From Clostridia bacterium (lineage in GTDB: Bacteria; Bacillota; Clostridia; Oscillospirales; CAG-272): a stretch of DNA of 44,605 bases. Positions 1 to 8,030 of the stretch are shown here, piece after piece (position 1 is the first letter of the stretch; the number at the start of each line of letters is the position of its first letter). The stretch spans positions 1 to 44,605 of the forward strand of contig JAFUPK010000066.1 of NCBI GenBank assembly GCA_017481265.1, written 5' to 3'. Made by a program: the position numbers and the translations under genes. The notes below the pieces were generated by a model that saw only the letters and a program-made list of their open reading frames with translations, was not told the origin of the DNA and searched no databases.

Positions 1-77
1 ATTCCGTATCCTGCACCTTCAATTTTTATTGCACAGCCTTCTTTCATTTCACTTCCGCAACGGATGCATTTTCTCAT
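1..77 (-). CDS. Zinc-ribbon-like protein, N-terminal fragment (gene continues beyond the window edge)
   Basis: ATG at 77-75 lies 8 nt after GGAGGAG. It reads MRKCIRCGSEMKEGCAIKIEGAGYG and then leaves the window. The CxxC start is typical of a zinc ribbon. Confidence 0.4.
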   Translation of the reverse strand, partial: MRKCIRCGSEMKEGCAIKIEGAGYG

Positions 78-216
78 GATAATATCTCCTCCAAATTCTT
101 ATTTTTCGTTCTGTTTTATCGCCAGTTTCGCCTTTGTATTACAGCGTTGCAAGCAACGCGGGCTTCGGGCAAAGCCCACACCACTACGGTTGCACGCATC
201 CAAAGGCTCCCTACGG

Positions 217-340
217 GAGGGAGCTCCCGACGGAGTCGGGTGAGGGAGAGTGCGTTACCATAAAGTCAATCTAACCTCAAAGTCACGCAGGCTCCTTCCG
301 TCACGCTTCGCGTGCCACCTTCCTCCCGGAGGAAGGCTTT
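217..340 (+). repeat. Intergenic repeat family A, copy 1 (three hairpins)
   Basis: Aligns with the reverse complement of 44486-44605. Shared blocks are GAGGGAGCTCCCG, GGAGAGTGCG and GCAGGCTCCTTCC. Confidence 0.8.
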
Positions 341-482
341 TTGTTAGTTCCATTATAATACAAATCGGCAGAGATAACAAGTCCTCTGCCGATATTTATA
401 TGTGTATCCGTAGGGGAGACCTGCGTGTCAAGAGCTACCGTGTTCCTAAAACATCCTTATGAGAACGCTCCTAATAGCGTTC

Positions 483-746
483 CTCAGGCCGCTGACAAAG
501 GTCTTGCGTTGACAAAATGCACAAAAGTTTTGTGAGGGCCTTTTTTAAAAGGTCGCAGGGTCTTGTTGCAGCGCCCCGAGTCGCAGCTACTTCGCTAAAC
601 GAAGTAGGACAGAGTGCGAAATCCCCCTTATTCGTCCAACGCACTTCGCGCAAGCGAACGTGCTGCAGCTCGCGCATCCTCTTTTACTTTTGATTTAGTC
701 TTTCTTTAATTTGACAACCCCTGTGCGAAAGCACAGGGGTTGTCAT
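483..746 (+). repeat. Intergenic repeat family B, copy 1
   Basis: Long near-identity with 35741-36035, starting CTCAGGCCGCTGACAAAGGTCTTGCG and ending in a 15-bp-stem hairpin. Confidence 0.85.
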
Positions 747-884
747 CAAGCTGAAAGCTACCGAATTTTCGGTGGCTTTCAGAATTTTGAATAAAAGCAC
801 AATAATTTTTTTCTTATTATCAATTTTTTAACGGCGGCTTTTCTTCGGCGCTTAGTGCAGCACCCCCAAAAAAATAAGTCTTGC

Positions 885-1628
885 TTATTCTTCGGTAAGC
901 TTATCCACATCCTTACCGGACAGCTTATACTCATCATAGGGCTGACCGGTATAATGCATATACTGTCTGTCGAAGAAATGACGGTACACCTTATATCTTT
1001 CCAAAGGCTCCGCATCCGCGGGAGGCGCTACCGTTCCCGAGGGAACCATGACCACGATCACGTCCTCGGCATCAAAGCTGTCTCCAACGAGAGGCACGTT
1101 TTCGAATGTCAGCTTGCGGAAATGGTACATTCCGTATCTGGTTGCCGTCTCCACCTTCGTGGGATAGAAATACTCTCCAGTGTAGTTTTTGAGGTAGTTT
1201 TCTTCCTTCTCCCTTTCACTGAGGCTGGAGGGACCGCGGTTCACCTTTTGGGTCTGCGCAGACTCCATATTCTCACTCAGATCCTCGCCGACACGCTTCA
1301 TAAGAAGAAATTCGATGTCTGCATCGTCGTTTGTGCTTGTGTACTTAAACGCGCTTGTGTTGTAGCGCACGGTCACCTGAAGCTCGCCTGTCTCTTTTAC
1401 ATAATACAAGGAGTACGCGCAAAAATATCCGTTTTCGGAGGAGCGGTTCTTGTACTCCATCTCAAGCACATCAAGCTTTCCGTGATCTGCATACGCCGTG
1501 CGGGAAGCATCGCTGATCTCGAAATGGTCAAGCACAGACTTGTCCGAGTACAGTATCGTTCTCAGAATAAGAAATCCTATTATTATGCACAAAAGCACGA
1601 TAAAGGTATATTTTACGAATTTTTTCAT
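885..1628 (-). CDS. Hypothetical N-terminally membrane-anchored protein
   Basis: 247-aa ORF with an N-terminal hydrophobic helix (YTFIVLLCIIIGFLIL). Its ATG directly abuts the stop codon of the upstream ORF. No family recognised. Confidence 0.6.
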   Translation of the reverse strand: MKKFVKYTFIVLLCIIIGFLILRTILYSDKSVLDHFEISDASRTAYADHGKLDVLEMEYKNRSSENGYFCAYSLYYVKETGELQVTVRYNTSAFKYTSTNDDADIEFLLMKRVGEDLSENMESAQTQKVNRGPSSLSEREKEENYLKNYTGEYFYPTKVETATRYGMYHFRKLTFENVPLVGDSFDAEDVIVVMVPSGTVAPPADAEPLERYKVYRHFFDRQYMHYTGQPYDEYKLSGKDVDKLTEE

Positions 1629-2204
1629 CTAAATGTCCTCATTTTCTTTATTTCTTCTGCAGGCATCGAAAAGGAATCCCGAAAATGCCTCGTCATACTC
1701 AAGTACGGCGCAATACACGTCGCCCTCGTCCTCAAACACGGCGGCGATACGTTCCCTTTTCACAAGATCTATTGTATAGTAGTAGAGGCGCATATTTTTG
1801 TAGCGCTGCCTAAGCTTCTCCATAGTCCCATCTTCAAGCCTTGTGACCTCGCGCAGCTTGTCAAGGCTAAGGAGAAACTCAATATTCCCGCGCTTTCCCT
1901 GAAAGCGGTGCACCGCAAGATCCACCATCGACAGGGGGAGCAGGCGGATATCGTCTCCGTATGAAGCAGAGCTGTGTGTGCTTTTCGCCCTCAGCTCATA
2001 TGTCACCGTGGTGAAACGGTATCTTATGAGAATGTACACTCCGGCGCAGAGAAGCGCTACCATGATAAACTGCAGTATGCTTGAAAACGGGAGTCCCGCC
2101 ACGGAAATGATGTACAGGGCGCAGGCTGTGCAAAAGCACACGGCAGAAGCAACGGACACCTGCTTGTTCTGATTGGTCGGAGAGTATTTCAAATCTATAT
2201 CCAC
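1629..2204 (-). CDS. Hypothetical two-TM membrane protein
   Basis: 191-aa ORF with two hydrophobic segments followed by a soluble C-terminal half. The GTG at 2204 is only 1 nt after GAAAGG, so the in-frame TTG at 2192 may be the real start. Confidence 0.5.
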   Translation of the reverse strand: MDIDLKYSPTNQNKQVSVASAVCFCTACALYIISVAGLPFSSILQFIMVALLCAGVYILIRYRFTTVTYELRAKSTHSSASYGDDIRLLPLSMVDLAVHRFQGKRGNIEFLLSLDKLREVTRLEDGTMEKLRQRYKNMRLYYYTIDLVKRERIAAVFEDEGDVYCAVLEYDEAFSGFLFDACRRNKENEDI

Positions 2205-2330
2205 GCCTTTCTGTGTATTTTAAAAGCTTTTCTGCGTAAAAACAAGCTTGGCTGCAGTCAGTGCAGAAGATGTTTCAAGCTAAAAAAGCAACAGACCGTC
2301 GCATCACAGTATGACGCCACGGTCTTTTCT

Positions 2331-2516
2331 TCATGCTTCTTCTTTTTTGAGAATGTCCTTGCCCTTGTAGTAGCCGCATACTTTGCATACGCGATGTGCA
2401 AGAATGTACTCACCGCAATGAGAGCACTTTACCATTCCGGGCATCTCGAGCTTCCATACGTTAGAACGTCTCTTGTCTCTGCGAGCCTTAGAAGTTTTTC
2501 TCTTCGGTACTGCCAT
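2331..2516 (-). CDS. rpmF: 50S ribosomal protein L32
   Basis: [18 protein letters not shown]-terminus plus CxxC...CxxC. This is the classic L32 sequence. Confidence 0.95.
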   Translation of the reverse strand: MAVPKRKTSKARRDKRRSNVWKLEMPGMVKCSHCGEYILAHRVCKVCGYYKGKDILKKEEA

Positions 2517-2574
2517 GATTACACCTCCTATGGGTTGAAAAATCGCTTAGATTATCATGTCACCTATCATTATA

Positions 2575-3150
2575 CTACATTTCCTCGGAAGAATCAAGTA
2601 GTTTTTGCAAAACTTTTAGCCTCGGGTCGATTTCTTTTTTGATTTCGCACCCGGGATGTTCATCCGTGATCTTCTTTCCGCATACGTGACACAGTCCGCG
2701 GCAATCGTCGTCGCAGAGGTGGCGCATGGGGAATTCGAGGGAGATCGCCTCCGCAAGATCAGCGCTGAAGTCTATAGCTCCGTCGGTAACGTAGATAAGG
2801 TCGTCGGTGACGCCGTCCCATTCCTCTTCATCCTCGCTGATGAGTCTCTCACGAGCCTCGGGAGAAGCCGCAGCGGAAATTACGCGGTCAAGGGTGAAGT
2901 CGAGAACGAAGTCAGCCTCTTCAAGACATCTGTCGCAAGGCATACTGTAGCTGACGCTGATATCTGCCGAAAGAGACATATAGCCTCCCGTATCGCTTAC
3001 GCGTCCGCTGACAAAGATCCCGTCCTCGGGAATAACTGCGTCACGGGGCAGCATATCGGCAAAATCGGCAAGAGCGGAAACGCCCTCGGTATACTCAAAC
3101 TCAAGAAACGGAATCCGTCCGTTAAGTATTTCGGTAACGTCGATTTTCAT
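2575..3150 (-). CDS. YceD/DUF177 family protein
   Basis: Sits immediately upstream of rpmF, the usual yceD-rpmF arrangement. The C-terminal Cys cluster CDDDCRGLCHVCG is typical of DUF177. Start moved to MKIDVTE (ATG 3150), which follows GGGGAGAA. Confidence 0.85.
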   Translation of the reverse strand: MKIDVTEILNGRIPFLEFEYTEGVSALADFADMLPRDAVIPEDGIFVSGRVSDTGGYMSLSADISVSYSMPCDRCLEEADFVLDFTLDRVISAAASPEARERLISEDEEEWDGVTDDLIYVTDGAIDFSADLAEAISLEFPMRHLCDDDCRGLCHVCGKKITDEHPGCEIKKEIDPRLKVLQKLLDSSEEM

Positions 3151-3312
3151 GATTCTCCCCTTTAGTGCCGTTTTCGCAACGGCAGACTTTGACCTATACA
3201 TTATAAATCAAATTCACGCGTATGTCAACATATTTTTTACTCAATTTTTTGTCATCTTTCGCCTGTCCTTCGTATAATTTTTCTCTTTTCGCGCAAATGT
3301 TCCGGAAATTTC

Positions 3313-3326
3313 CGAATAAATGTTCG
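3313..3326. promoter_or_regulatory. LexA (Cheo-type) box upstream of dinB
   Basis: CGAATAAATGTTCG compared with the Gram-positive consensus CGAACnnnnGTTCG. Lies just upstream of the -35 element. Confidence 0.7.
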
Positions 3327-3334
3327 TGTTCCTC

Positions 3335-3363
3335 TTGACACAGCCGCGGCTTTATGGTAAACT
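3335..3363 (+). promoter_or_regulatory. dinB promoter
   Basis: TTGACA (3335-3340), 17-nt spacer, TGgTAAACT extended -10 (3355-3363). Confidence 0.6.
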
Positions 3364-3373
3364 GTGTACATGC

Positions 3374-3387
3374 AGAACATATTTTCG
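3374..3387. promoter_or_regulatory. Second, weaker LexA-like box downstream of the dinB -10
   Basis: AGAACATATTTTCG has two mismatches to CGAACATATGTTCG. Confidence 0.45.
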
Positions 3388-3411
3388 GAACCTCGATTCC
3401 TTGGAGGCTAT

Positions 3412-4686
3412 ATGGACAGAATAATACTCCACTCGGATCTCAATAATTTCTACGCCACGGCTGAGATGACACGTGATGCATCCCTTCGCGGGCTGCCCAT
3501 CGCCGTGGCGGGAGACACGGAGGCTCGGCACGGCATCGTCCTTGCCAAAAGCTATGAGGCTAAGCGCTTTGGCGTACAGACGGGCGACACCCTGTGGCAG
3601 GCTAAGCTGAAGTGCCCCGATATCCGCTTTGTTCCGCCGGATTTTGAGCTGTACTGCCGTCTTGCTTCAAAGGTACGCGCCATCTACCACCGCTACACGG
3701 ACATGGTGGAGTCCTTCGGCATGGACGAGTGCTGGCTTGACGTGACGGGGTCACAGAAGCTCTTTGCACGGGACAGCACAAGCGAAAGCGAAGCGGGACT
3801 CATGATCGCAAACGAGATACGCGAAAGGGTAAAGAGCGAAACGGGACTTACGGTATCGGTGGGGGTAAGCTTTAACAAGATATTCGCAAAGCTGGGCTCG
3901 GACATGAAGAAGCCCAATGCCGTGACGCTTATCTCAAGGGAGAACTTCAAAGACGTTGTATGGCGCCTTCCCGTACGGGAGCTTCTCTTTGTGGGTGGCA
4001 AGACTGAGCGCAAGCTGACAATGTACGGCATTGACACCATCGGGAAGCTCGCCACGGCTGACGAAAAGCTGCTGACGCTCCTGCTCGGCAAGCGCGGACG
4101 CGATCTGCAGATGACGGCACGCGGACTTGACAGCTCTCCTGTGCTGAGGCGAGAGGAGCTGCCGAGGGTCAAATCCGTCAGCAACGGCACCACCACCTAC
4201 AAGGATCTTTCAACTGACGATGAGATAAAGGCGGTGCTGTATTTCCTGTGCGAAAGCGTCTCGTCACGGCTCCGTGAGCAGCATCTCTTATGCCGCACGG
4301 TGCAGCTTGGGATACGCGAGTTCGATCTTTACACCTTTGAGCGCCAAGGGCAGCTTTCGGCACCGTCAAGGACGGCAGAGGATCTGTTCGCCAAGGCATA
4401 CTCACTTCTTAAGCTCCACAGGCGCGGCGACAGACCCATAAGGTCGCTGACGGTGCGGGCAACCTCCCTTTCCGATGACATAGGAAGCCAGCTCACCATG
4501 TTCCCGGAGACTGAGCCCTTGGGGAAGCGCGAGGAGCTGGAGAGCTGCGTGGACGGTCTGCGCAGGCGGTACGGCTCAGGAATATTGAAGCGCGGGATAA
4601 TCATGTGGGACCCTGCGCTGTCGGGCGGAGATTTCGGCATCGACCGCGAGGAAACGTGGGCTGTAGCCGACTCAAGACTCACCTGA
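3412..4686 (+). CDS. dinB: Y-family DNA polymerase IV
   Basis: ILHSDLNNFYATAE ... GIVLAKSYEAKRFGV ... SIDECWLD-like MDECWLDVTG motifs. Start taken at MDRIILH (ATG 3412), which follows GGAGG. LexA boxes lie upstream. Confidence 0.9.
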   Translation: MDRIILHSDLNNFYATAEMTRDASLRGLPIAVAGDTEARHGIVLAKSYEAKRFGVQTGDTLWQAKLKCPDIRFVPPDFELYCRLASKVRAIYHRYTDMVESFGMDECWLDVTGSQKLFARDSTSESEAGLMIANEIRERVKSETGLTVSVGVSFNKIFAKLGSDMKKPNAVTLISRENFKDVVWRLPVRELLFVGGKTERKLTMYGIDTIGKLATADEKLLTLLLGKRGRDLQMTARGLDSSPVLRREELPRVKSVSNGTTTYKDLSTDDEIKAVLYFLCESVSSRLREQHLLCRTVQLGIREFDLYTFERQGQLSAPSRTAEDLFAKAYSLLKLHRRGDRPIRSLTVRATSLSDDIGSQLTMFPETEPLGKREELESCVDGLRRRYGSGILKRGIIMWDPALSGGDFGIDREETWAVADSRLT

Positions 4687-4750
4687 GGCTGTGCTTCGCA
4701 CCGTGTCTTTCATTTTCCGGGGGATTTTTATATTTTTTTGCATTTTCCAC

Positions 4751-4779
4751 TTGATTATTTCTGTACTATGATATATAAT
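4751..4779 (+). promoter_or_regulatory. recA promoter
   Basis: TTGATT (4751-4756), 17-nt spacer, TATAAT (4774-4779). Confidence 0.6.
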
Positions 4780-4790
4780 ATAGACAGATA

Positions 4791-4804
4791 CGAAAATATG
4801 TTCG
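4791..4804. promoter_or_regulatory. LexA (Cheo-type) box at recA
   Basis: CGAAAATATGTTCG lies 12 nt downstream of the -10. Confidence 0.75.
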
Positions 4805-4838
4805 TTTTATTGAACCTGAAAGGAATATTAAATAAGTA

Positions 4839-5957
4839 ATGAAAGCTACATCAAAGAAAACAACCGCTGCATCTCCTGCAGATTCCCCCGAGGCTAAGAA
4901 GAAAGCCCTTGATACAGCCATCAGCCAGATAGAGAAGAGCTTTGGAAAAGGCACGATCATCAAGATGGGCGAAAATCCCCAGATGAACGTATCTGCCGTT
5001 TCTACAGGCTCCCTTACACTTGACCTTGCCCTCGGCGTGGGCGGTCTCCCCAGAGGACGTATCATCGAGATATACGGCCCCGAGTCCTCCGGTAAGACCA
5101 CCGTTGCTCTCCATGCCATCGCAGAAGCGCAGAAGCTTGGCGGTGAGGCGGCATTCATCGACGCGGAGCACGCCCTTGATCCCGTTTATGCAAAGGCTCT
5201 CGGCGTAAACATTGACGACCTTCTTGTGTCCCAGCCCGACAGCGGTGAGCAGGCTCTCGAAATCTGTGAGGCGCTCGTGCGCTCAGGTGCTATCGACATC
5301 GTGGTAATCGACTCCGTTGCGGCTCTCGTTCCCCAGGCTGAGATCGAGGGAGATATGGGCTCGTCTCACGTAGGTCTCCAGGCGAGACTTATGTCTCAGG
5401 CGCTTCGCAAGCTCTCCGGTACCATCTCAAAGACCAACTGTATCGTTATCTTTATTAACCAGCTCCGTGAGAAGGTTGGCGTTATCTACGGAAACCCCGA
5501 GACCACTACGGGAGGACGTGCGCTGAAGTTCTACGCCTCCGTCCGTATCGACATCAGAAAGTCCGAGATGCTGAAGTCCGGAAGCGAGGCTTACGGTAAC
5601 CGCGTAAAGTGTAAGGTGGTCAAAAACAAGGTGGCTCCCCCCTTCAAGGTAGCGGAGTTTGATATTCTCTACGGTCACGGCATCTCCAAGTCCAGCGAGA
5701 TACTTGAGATCGGTATTGCCAAGGGCATCATTGAGAAAAGCGGTGCGTGGATATCCTACGAGGGCAACCGTCTCGGACAGGGACGCGACAATGCAAGAGC
5801 CTTTATTGAGAACGATCCCGCGCTTATGGCAGAGCTTGAGGCAAAGATCAAGGCAAAGATGTCCGAAAACGAAGAGGATATGCTTGAGGACGATCTTGAC
5901 GGAGATGACGATGAGCTTGATATCCGTCTTCTCGATCTTGACGGAGACCTTGAGTGA
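4839..5957 (+). CDS. recA: Recombinase RecA
   Basis: Walker [10 protein letters not shown], the FIDAEHALD motif and an acidic C-terminal tail. A LexA box overlaps the promoter region. Confidence 0.98.
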   Translation: MKATSKKTTAASPADSPEAKKKALDTAISQIEKSFGKGTIIKMGENPQMNVSAVSTGSLTLDLALGVGGLPRGRIIEIYGPESSGKTTVALHAIAEAQKLGGEAAFIDAEHALDPVYAKALGVNIDDLLVSQPDSGEQALEICEALVRSGAIDIVVIDSVAALVPQAEIEGDMGSSHVGLQARLMSQALRKLSGTISKTNCIVIFINQLREKVGVIYGNPETTTGGRALKFYASVRIDIRKSEMLKSGSEAYGNRVKCKVVKNKVAPPFKVAEFDILYGHGISKSSEILEIGIAKGIIEKSGAWISYEGNRLGQGRDNARAFIENDPALMAELEAKIKAKMSENEEDMLEDDLDGDDDELDIRLLDLDGDLE

Positions 5958-6066
5958 TAGCTGCTTCATTAAGTGCAGAGCAAAAGCATCATAAAAGCGG
6001 AGAAAACCGCCGGCTTTTGAGCTGAAGTCCAAAAGACAGATGAAAATTTAATATCAGATCGTTTGC

Positions 6067-6103
6067 AAATGAGCTCGGAGCTGAACCGGGCTCATTTCTT
6101 TTG
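6067..6103 (+). terminator. recA terminator
   Basis: Stem AAATGAGC/GCTCATTT followed by CTTTTG. Confidence 0.6.
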
Positions 6104-6202
6104 TCCCCGTAAACCACCAGCAGTGCTGGTGGTGCCAAAAAGCTTTAGCTATGAGTAGTATAACTATTTTAGATAAAAGAAAAAATAATGAAAGTTTTCT
6201 CC

Positions 6203-6280
6203 GTTTATCTTTTGTTGCCGAAGGCAACAAAAGATAAACATAAGCCAAGGAGGTGAGCGAAGCGAGGAAACTTCGGCGCC
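6203..6280 (+). repeat. Intergenic repeat family C, copy 1
   Basis: 17-bp hairpin GTTTATCTTTTGTTGCC-GAA-GGCAACAAAAGATAAAC followed by AAGCCAAGGAGGTGAGCGAAGCG ... ACTTCGGCGC. Related to 41804-41934. Confidence 0.75.
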
Positions 6281-6511
6281 CCCGATGGTTCCTTCGAAGG
6301 ATATTAACCATATTTATAGTAGTAGGGCAAATAGTGCATTGGAAATAAATCCGGTGAGCCTATAGGCTCGGCTGGGAATATGCCCTGGAGGGGCTAACGG
6401 GGCCACCGGCACGGCCGGTGGTCATGACTCTCTTGGCGCTTAACGGTCCGTTTCTCTTCTCCTTCACTGATTTTATTCCGTAAATTACCCATCGGCACAA
6501 GGTCTAATCTA

Positions 6512-6540
6512 TTGAAAAATCGTAGAAAATGTGGTATACT
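6512..6540 (+). promoter_or_regulatory. rbfA operon promoter
   Basis: TTGAAA, 17-nt spacer, TGgTATACT (extended -10). Confidence 0.6.
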
Positions 6541-6614
6541 GTTTATATATAATGAAATATTGTGCCCTCTGCGCGAAAAATGCAGAGGATGACCGAAAGG
6601 ATAAACCTGTAATT

Positions 6615-7007
6615 ATGCCAAAATACAGAAGAAACCGTATTAACGATGCCGTCGCGAGAGAGCTTACCGAGATCCTTCGCGATGTCAAGGATCCCCGTAT
6701 ATCCGGTGCTTTCGTCACCGTTACCGGTGCGGATGTTACCGCGGATCTCAAATATGCAAAAATATTTTATTCCATAATCGGCGAGACCGACGAAAAGGAG
6801 CTTTCCCGCGGACTTAAGTCTGCCGCTCCCTTTATCAGACGGGAGCTTGCCGTAAGGCTCAATCTCCGCCAGACCCCCGAGCTTGCCTTCGTCCGCGACA
6901 CGGGTACCCGTCACGGCGCAGATATTGCAGAGCTTCTCCACCGTATCTCCGAGGAGAAGAAGCAGACCGCGGAAAGCTCCGCAGAGGAGACATCAGATGA
7001 GCTTTGA
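6615..7007 (+). CDS. rbfA: Ribosome-binding factor A
   Basis: MPKYRRNRINDAVARELTEILRDVKDPRI is a typical RbfA N-terminus. Start moved to ATG 6615, which follows AAAGGA. Confidence 0.9.
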   Translation: MPKYRRNRINDAVARELTEILRDVKDPRISGAFVTVTGADVTADLKYAKIFYSIIGETDEKELSRGLKSAAPFIRRELAVRLNLRQTPELAFVRDTGTRHGADIAELLHRISEEKKQTAESSAEETSDEL

Positions 7008-8013
7008 AGCAGTCAGCCTTCGAGAGGCAATAAACAGGCTGAGAGAGGCAAAACGTCTTCTTATCCTTTGCCATACAAACCCCGACGGAGATGCTGTCGG
7101 AAGCAGTGCGGCGCTGGCGCTTATTGCTGAGGCGCTGGGGATCTCTGCGTGCTGTGTCTGCCCCGACAAGATCGCCGACAGACTCCGCTTTATTATGCCC
7201 GAAAGGTTCAGCGCGGAGTACGAGGACGGCATGGAGGACTCCTTTGATACGGTGCTCTCAGTTGATACAGCATCTCCGGCACAGCTTGGATGCCTTTCTC
7301 ATCTTGCAGAGAACGGCAAGGTGGATCTTATGCTTGACCACCACGGAGTCGGTGAGGCTTATGCCCCGAATTATATCGACAGCAGAGCATCTGCCGCAGG
7401 CGAGATAATGTGGCACATATACAATACACTGAAGAACGACGGCATCATCGGTACGCTTCCCGATGTGAGCCGTGCGATTTATGCCGCTGTGGTAAGCGAC
7501 ACGGGAAGCTTCAAATTTTCAAATGTAACTCCCGAGACACACTGCATCGCAGCTTGCCTTGTGGGTGAGATAAACACCGCAGACGACGGCGGTATGACCA
7601 CGGATGAGCTTTGCCGTACCCTTTTCGGCAGAAGGACCATGCGTGATATAAAGGCACAGGGACTTGCCATAGATCAGCTTCGCGTTTTTGAGAACGGCGA
7701 TATCGCCGCTGTGCTCCTGCGCGCCGATGACTACCTTGACAGGGGGCTTGAGGAGGGCGACCTTTCCGCCGCTGTGGAAACTCCGCGAAGTCTCACGGGA
7801 GTTAAAATTGCCCTTGCTGTAAGGCAGAAGGCAGATGAAAGATGTACCTTCAAGGTGTCGAGCCGCTCAAACTGCGAGGCGGATGTGGCTGAGGTCTGCG
7901 CAGGCTTTGGCGGAGGCGGACATCCCAAGGCGGCAGGCTGTACGATCTACGGCGAGGATGCGGAAGAGGTGCTCCTTGAGGCAGTCAATGCCTTCAGCCG
8001 GGCACTGCGCTGA
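6997..8013 (+). CDS. nrnA: DHH/DHHA1 family phosphoesterase (NrnA-like oligoribonuclease/pAp phosphatase)
   Basis: CHTNPDGDAVGSSAAL, DHH (LMLDHHG) and GGGHPKAAG motifs. ATG 6997 overlaps the rbfA stop by 11 nt. rbfA-nrnA-truB is the usual gene order. Confidence 0.85.
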   Translation: MSFEAVSLREAINRLREAKRLLILCHTNPDGDAVGSSAALALIAEALGISACCVCPDKIADRLRFIMPERFSAEYEDGMEDSFDTVLSVDTASPAQLGCLSHLAENGKVDLMLDHHGVGEAYAPNYIDSRASAAGEIMWHIYNTLKNDGIIGTLPDVSRAIYAAVVSDTGSFKFSNVTPETHCIAACLVGEINTADDGGMTTDELCRTLFGRRTMRDIKAQGLAIDQLRVFENGDIAAVLLRADDYLDRGLEEGDLSAAVETPRSLTGVKIALAVRQKADERCTFKVSSRSNCEADVAEVCAGFGGGGHPKAAGCTIYGEDAEEVLLEAVNAFSRALR

Positions 8014-8030
8014 ACGGAACGGAGACTTAT

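Noticed and set aside
250-677. ORFs 250-462 and 471-677, and their look-alikes 35705-35914, 35775-35987, 44168-44545 and 44242-44541.
   Set aside because: They run through repeat families A and B. Their apparent conservation is nucleotide repeat identity, differences fall in hairpin-compensating pairs rather than codon positions, and none has an RBS.
855-1964. 369-aa plus-strand ORF overlapping two minus-strand genes.
   Set aside because: It lies antisense to two well-formed genes that have RBSs and start/stop coupling. It has no RBS and a low-complexity, Leu/Val/His-rich composition typical of a shadow ORF.
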